Notes under the pieces: generated by a model
What the model was told of the DNA's origin: nothing
The model's input: only the letters and a program-made list of their open reading frames with translations
Database searches by the model: none
Program-made: the position numbers and the translations under genes
Origin: an uncultured Nostoc sp.
GTDB lineage: Bacteria > Cyanobacteriota > Cyanobacteriia > Cyanobacteriales > Nostocaceae
Direction of reading: 5' to 3'
NCBI RefSeq assembly: GCF_937863485.1
Contig: NZ_CALMFY010000104.1
Location: forward strand, 16,001-80,000
DNA: 64,000 nt
In this document: positions 61,140 through 64,000 of the stretch, piece after piece
Numbering within the stretch: position 1 is the stretch's first letter
Layout of the letters: each line of letters begins with the position of its first letter

Positions 61140-61338
61140 GGCAAACTGACGCCACAATGTACTAGTCTTATATACTAGAATTTTTCAGCAAACCCTCAGA
61201 CTGATTCTGTAGGTAGCTATTGTGGCAAATCGACAACAAAAAAGCCCCCGCCACCGTAGTTGCAGCAGCCGCAGATAAAACTTCCCTGATGATTGTCTTA
61301 TTTTGAGCTATCAAAGTCAGCAATTGCAGGCAGAGATA

Positions 61339-63999
61339 ATGAAAATCCAGCAATTTTTGCAGTTCTTAACCCAGCAATTGACTCACTGGCGGCGACAGTA
61401 CAAAGGACTACGCCGTAAAGGAAAGTTAATGAGAAGTCCCAAAAGCAAAAGCCATAGAAGGGAACTTCTAAAGACTATTCTTAAGAATGTAATCTTATTT
61501 TTATCAAAAACTAATGACAAAAGCGTAGGTGCAGCCCGCCGTCGGCATCGCCAAAAACAAGAAACAGCGCTCAAGTCAAAGGCAGAATCGGTCAAAACTA
61601 AGAGTAGCATTCATACAGTCGGTTTAAATTGGGTGCATGAACAGCGTTTCTTGGTGATTTTAGCGATCGCTGTAGTCTCCCTCACAGGCGTTATTGGCCA
61701 TAAATTATACAACCAAACTCAACTCCAAGTAGGAAATCCCGCGCCCCAAACGATTAGAGCGCCTTACACAGCTAGCATTGAAGATCAGAAAAAAACAGAA
61801 GCCGAGCGCAAAGCCGTTAGTAAAAGTTCCTTACAAATGTTGATGGTTGATGCACGAATGAATCAACAAATCAACGAAAATTTGCAACAACTTCTGAATG
61901 ATGGCTCTGAAATTCGCACCATTGCTGGATCTTTTCCTTTTTTTGATCCTGTAGTTTTGTCCATCTCTATCCAGCGTTATCTCCGCTCTTGTCCTAACCC
62001 GGAATGGCAAGCACTGCTAATAGCTGTAGAAAATAGTAAAAATCAGCAGAAGAAAGGAACAGGACGAACCGCCGCCTCCCGTTCATCATCTATAGCTGCA
62101 CCTAATCAGGAACACCAGCCGCGCCCAATACCCAAATTTGATTCTCAGAATCCAGAAAAGACAGAGCCAGTTGATTTTTCTCAAAACACTGACTTTACTC
62201 AAGCAGTAGCAGAACTAGAATCTTACCGTGTCACAACTTCTCAGAAAAACTTGTCTTTACTGATTGCCCAAATTTCCCAAGCACGCCAAAGATACACCCA
62301 AGCCACTGCCAAACTTTTAAAATTAGAGACTGTTACCCCAGAAGTAGTATACGAGGAATCCCTGCTTTTGGATTTGTCAGATGTGGAGTGGGAAAAAACA
62401 CAAATGGGAATCCATCAAAGTGCAGAGCGGATTCTCACCCAAGGCATCCCACAAGGACTGCCAAAAAATATCTTAGAGAATGCAGTGAGTTTACAATTGC
62501 AGACCTCTGTACCAGAATTCGCTGAAACTTTGGCAAAGAAGCTGTTGTTAGCTGTACTGAAGCCGAATCTGCAAGAAGATGAAGAACAAACGAGGCAAAA
62601 CGCTCAAAAGGCTGCTGCTGGGGTGCCACCCGTGATGGTGAAGATCCGACATGGTGAGGTGATTGTCAAAAAAGGAGAGCAGATTACTGCATGGAACTTT
62701 GAGGTGTTGGAGCATTATCACCTGATTCGCTGGGAGCTAAACTGGCAAGAATTGGTGAAGTTAGCAGGCGTGATTGCGATCGCCATTAGTATTTTTGTCT
62801 GGGTAGAACGGCATATTCATTACGAATTGCGACAACGCGATCGCCTGTTGGTGTTACTGCTGACTCTGAGTGTGCCAGGAGTGATCACGATCGGATTGCC
62901 TTATACAACCTGGAGTGCCCTTGGTTTATTGTTGGGAAGCTTCTACGGCCCCACTTTGGGCTTGACAGTTGTCGGACTGCTGTTGCCGATATTGGGCATT
63001 AGCTTGGATATAAGCAAGGCTGCGCTTTTAGCTGGTGTTGGGGGAGCAATATTAGGTAGTTACATTGCACAACGATTGCGATCGCGTGAAGAATTAGCAT
63101 TATTAGGTGTTGCGATCGCCTTAACTCAGGGTGGTATTTATCTAGTTGTTAAAATCTTAATTGGTCAAGCATTTGGTTCAACCTGGTATATCGTCCTCCG
63201 AGAAGCCGGATTGTTTGCTTTATCTGGTTTAGGCTGGAGTATTGTAGCCTTAGGCTTGAGTCCTTATCTAGAAAAAGTTTTTGATTTAGTCACGCCAATC
63301 CGCTTGGCAGAACTGGCAAACCCTAATCGCCCTTTATTAAAACGACTCGCTACTGAAACTCCTGGAACTTTTCAACATACACTGTTTGTGGCTACCCTTG
63401 CCGAAGCTGCTGCCAAAGAACTAGGATGCAATGTCGAACTTGTTAGGGCTGGTACATTATACCACGATATTGGCAAAATGCACGACCCCCTTGGCTTTAT
63501 TGAAAATCAAATGGGGGGGCCGAATAAACACGATACCGAGATTAAAGACCCTTGGAAGAGTGTAGAAATTATCAAAAAGCACGTAACTGAAGGTTTAGTG
63601 ATGGCGCGTAAACACCTTTTGCCTACAGCGATTCAAGCTTTTATTCCAGAGCATCAAGGAACGATGCTGATTGCCTATTTCCATCACCAAGCCCAGCAAA
63701 TGGCTCAGTCAGATCCAAGTTTAACAGTAGACGACGCAGATTTTCGCTACGATGGTCCAATTCCCCAATCACGGGAAACCGGAATTGTCATGTTAGCAGA
63801 TTCTTGCGAAGCAGCGCTGCGATCGCTGCAAGCATCGGCTAAATCTGTGGGAGAGAAGCGATCGTTCAAAGATGTCTCCACCGAACAAGCTTTAGCAATG
63901 CTCAATAATATTCTGCGTGCCAAATGGCAAGACAATCAACTCGTAGATTCAGGACTAAAACGGGAAGAAATGTCACAGATTGCCCAGATATTTGTGGAT
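61339..63999 (+). CDS. 7TM-HD family phosphohydrolase (PgpH-like), runs off window end
   Basis: Manual translation from ATG at 61339, same frame at the positions checked: extracellular domain, TM bundle, LLKRLATETPGTFQH, LYHDIGKM, FIENQ, KKHV.EG, IPEHQGT, FRYDGP.PQSRETGIVMLADSCEAA. Confidence 0.9.
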   Translation, partial: MKIQQFLQFLTQQLTHWRRQYKGLRRKGKLMRSPKSKSHRRELLKTILKNVILFLSKTNDKSVGAARRRHRQKQETALKSKAESVKTKSSIHTVGLNWVHEQRFLVILAIAVVSLTGVIGHKLYNQTQLQVGNPAPQTIRAPYTASIEDQKKTEAERKAVSKSSLQMLMVDARMNQQINENLQQLLNDGSEIRTIAGSFPFFDPVVLSISIQRYLRSCPNPEWQALLIAVENSKNQQKKGTGRTAASRSSSIAAPNQEHQPRPIPKFDSQNPEKTEPVDFSQNTDFTQAVAELESYRVTTSQKNLSLLIAQISQARQRYTQATAKLLKLETVTPEVVYEESLLLDLSDVEWEKTQMGIHQSAERILTQGIPQGLPKNILENAVSLQLQTSVPEFAETLAKKLLLAVLKPNLQEDEEQTRQNAQKAAAGVPPVMVKIRHGEVIVKKGEQITAWNFEVLEHYHLIRWELNWQELVKLAGVIAIAISIFVWVERHIHYELRQRDRLLVLLLTLSVPGVITIGLPYTTWSALGLLLGSFYGPTLGLTVVGLLLPILGISLDISKAALLAGVGGAILGSYIAQRLRSREELALLGVAIALTQGGIYLVVKILIGQAFGSTWYIVLREAGLFALSGLGWSIVALGLSPYLEKVFDLVTPIRLAELANPNRPLLKRLATETPGTFQHTLFVATLAEAAAKELGCNVELVRAGTLYHDIGKMHDPLGFIENQMGGPNKHDTEIKDPWKSVEIIKKHVTEGLVMARKHLLPTAIQAFIPEHQGTMLIAYFHHQAQQMAQSDPSLTVDDADFRYDGPIPQSRETGIVMLADSCEAALRSLQASAKSVGEKRSFKDVSTEQALAMLNNILRAKWQDNQLVDSGLKREEMSQIAQIFVD

Positions 64000-64000
64000 G

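Overview
This window comes from a heterocystous cyanobacterium (Nostoc-like). The evidence is abundant HIP1 GCGATCGC octamers, heptamer tandem repeats, small dispersed repeats and genes such as chlI, ftrV and ycf66. It begins with the eroded 5' edge of a PKS/NRPS locus: an intact-looking NRPS condensation-domain gene running off the window, preceded by pseudogene remnants of an acyltransferase and a class-III aminotransferase. Next is a 12.7-kb block of three large phosphate-scavenging enzymes (a NPP/alkaline-phosphatase-superfamily enzyme, a phytase-like/GDPD fusion, and a four-catalytic-domain EEP/phytase protein). All three share a near-identical RTX-type C-terminal tail, and each has a candidate SphR Pho box upstream. 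The rest is mostly housekeeping (purA, rplY, ftrV, chlI, gnd, cax, topA, aroQ, tRNA-Phe, a 7TM-HD phosphohydrolase) interleaved with accessory items: a STAND-like NTPase-TPR gene broken by a single in-frame TAG, a small-protein + retropepsin-like protease pair, a His-motif protein + DUF6745-like coupled pair, an orphan GT14 glycosyltransferase, an Omp85 paralog, a znuACB-like operon collapsed to about 680 bp, a truncated porin paralog, many MITEs, and short repeats inserted in frame within genes. No CRISPR array, rRNA, full-length transposase, integrase or reverse transcriptase was seen. All family assignments come from motif recognition by eye; no database search was run.
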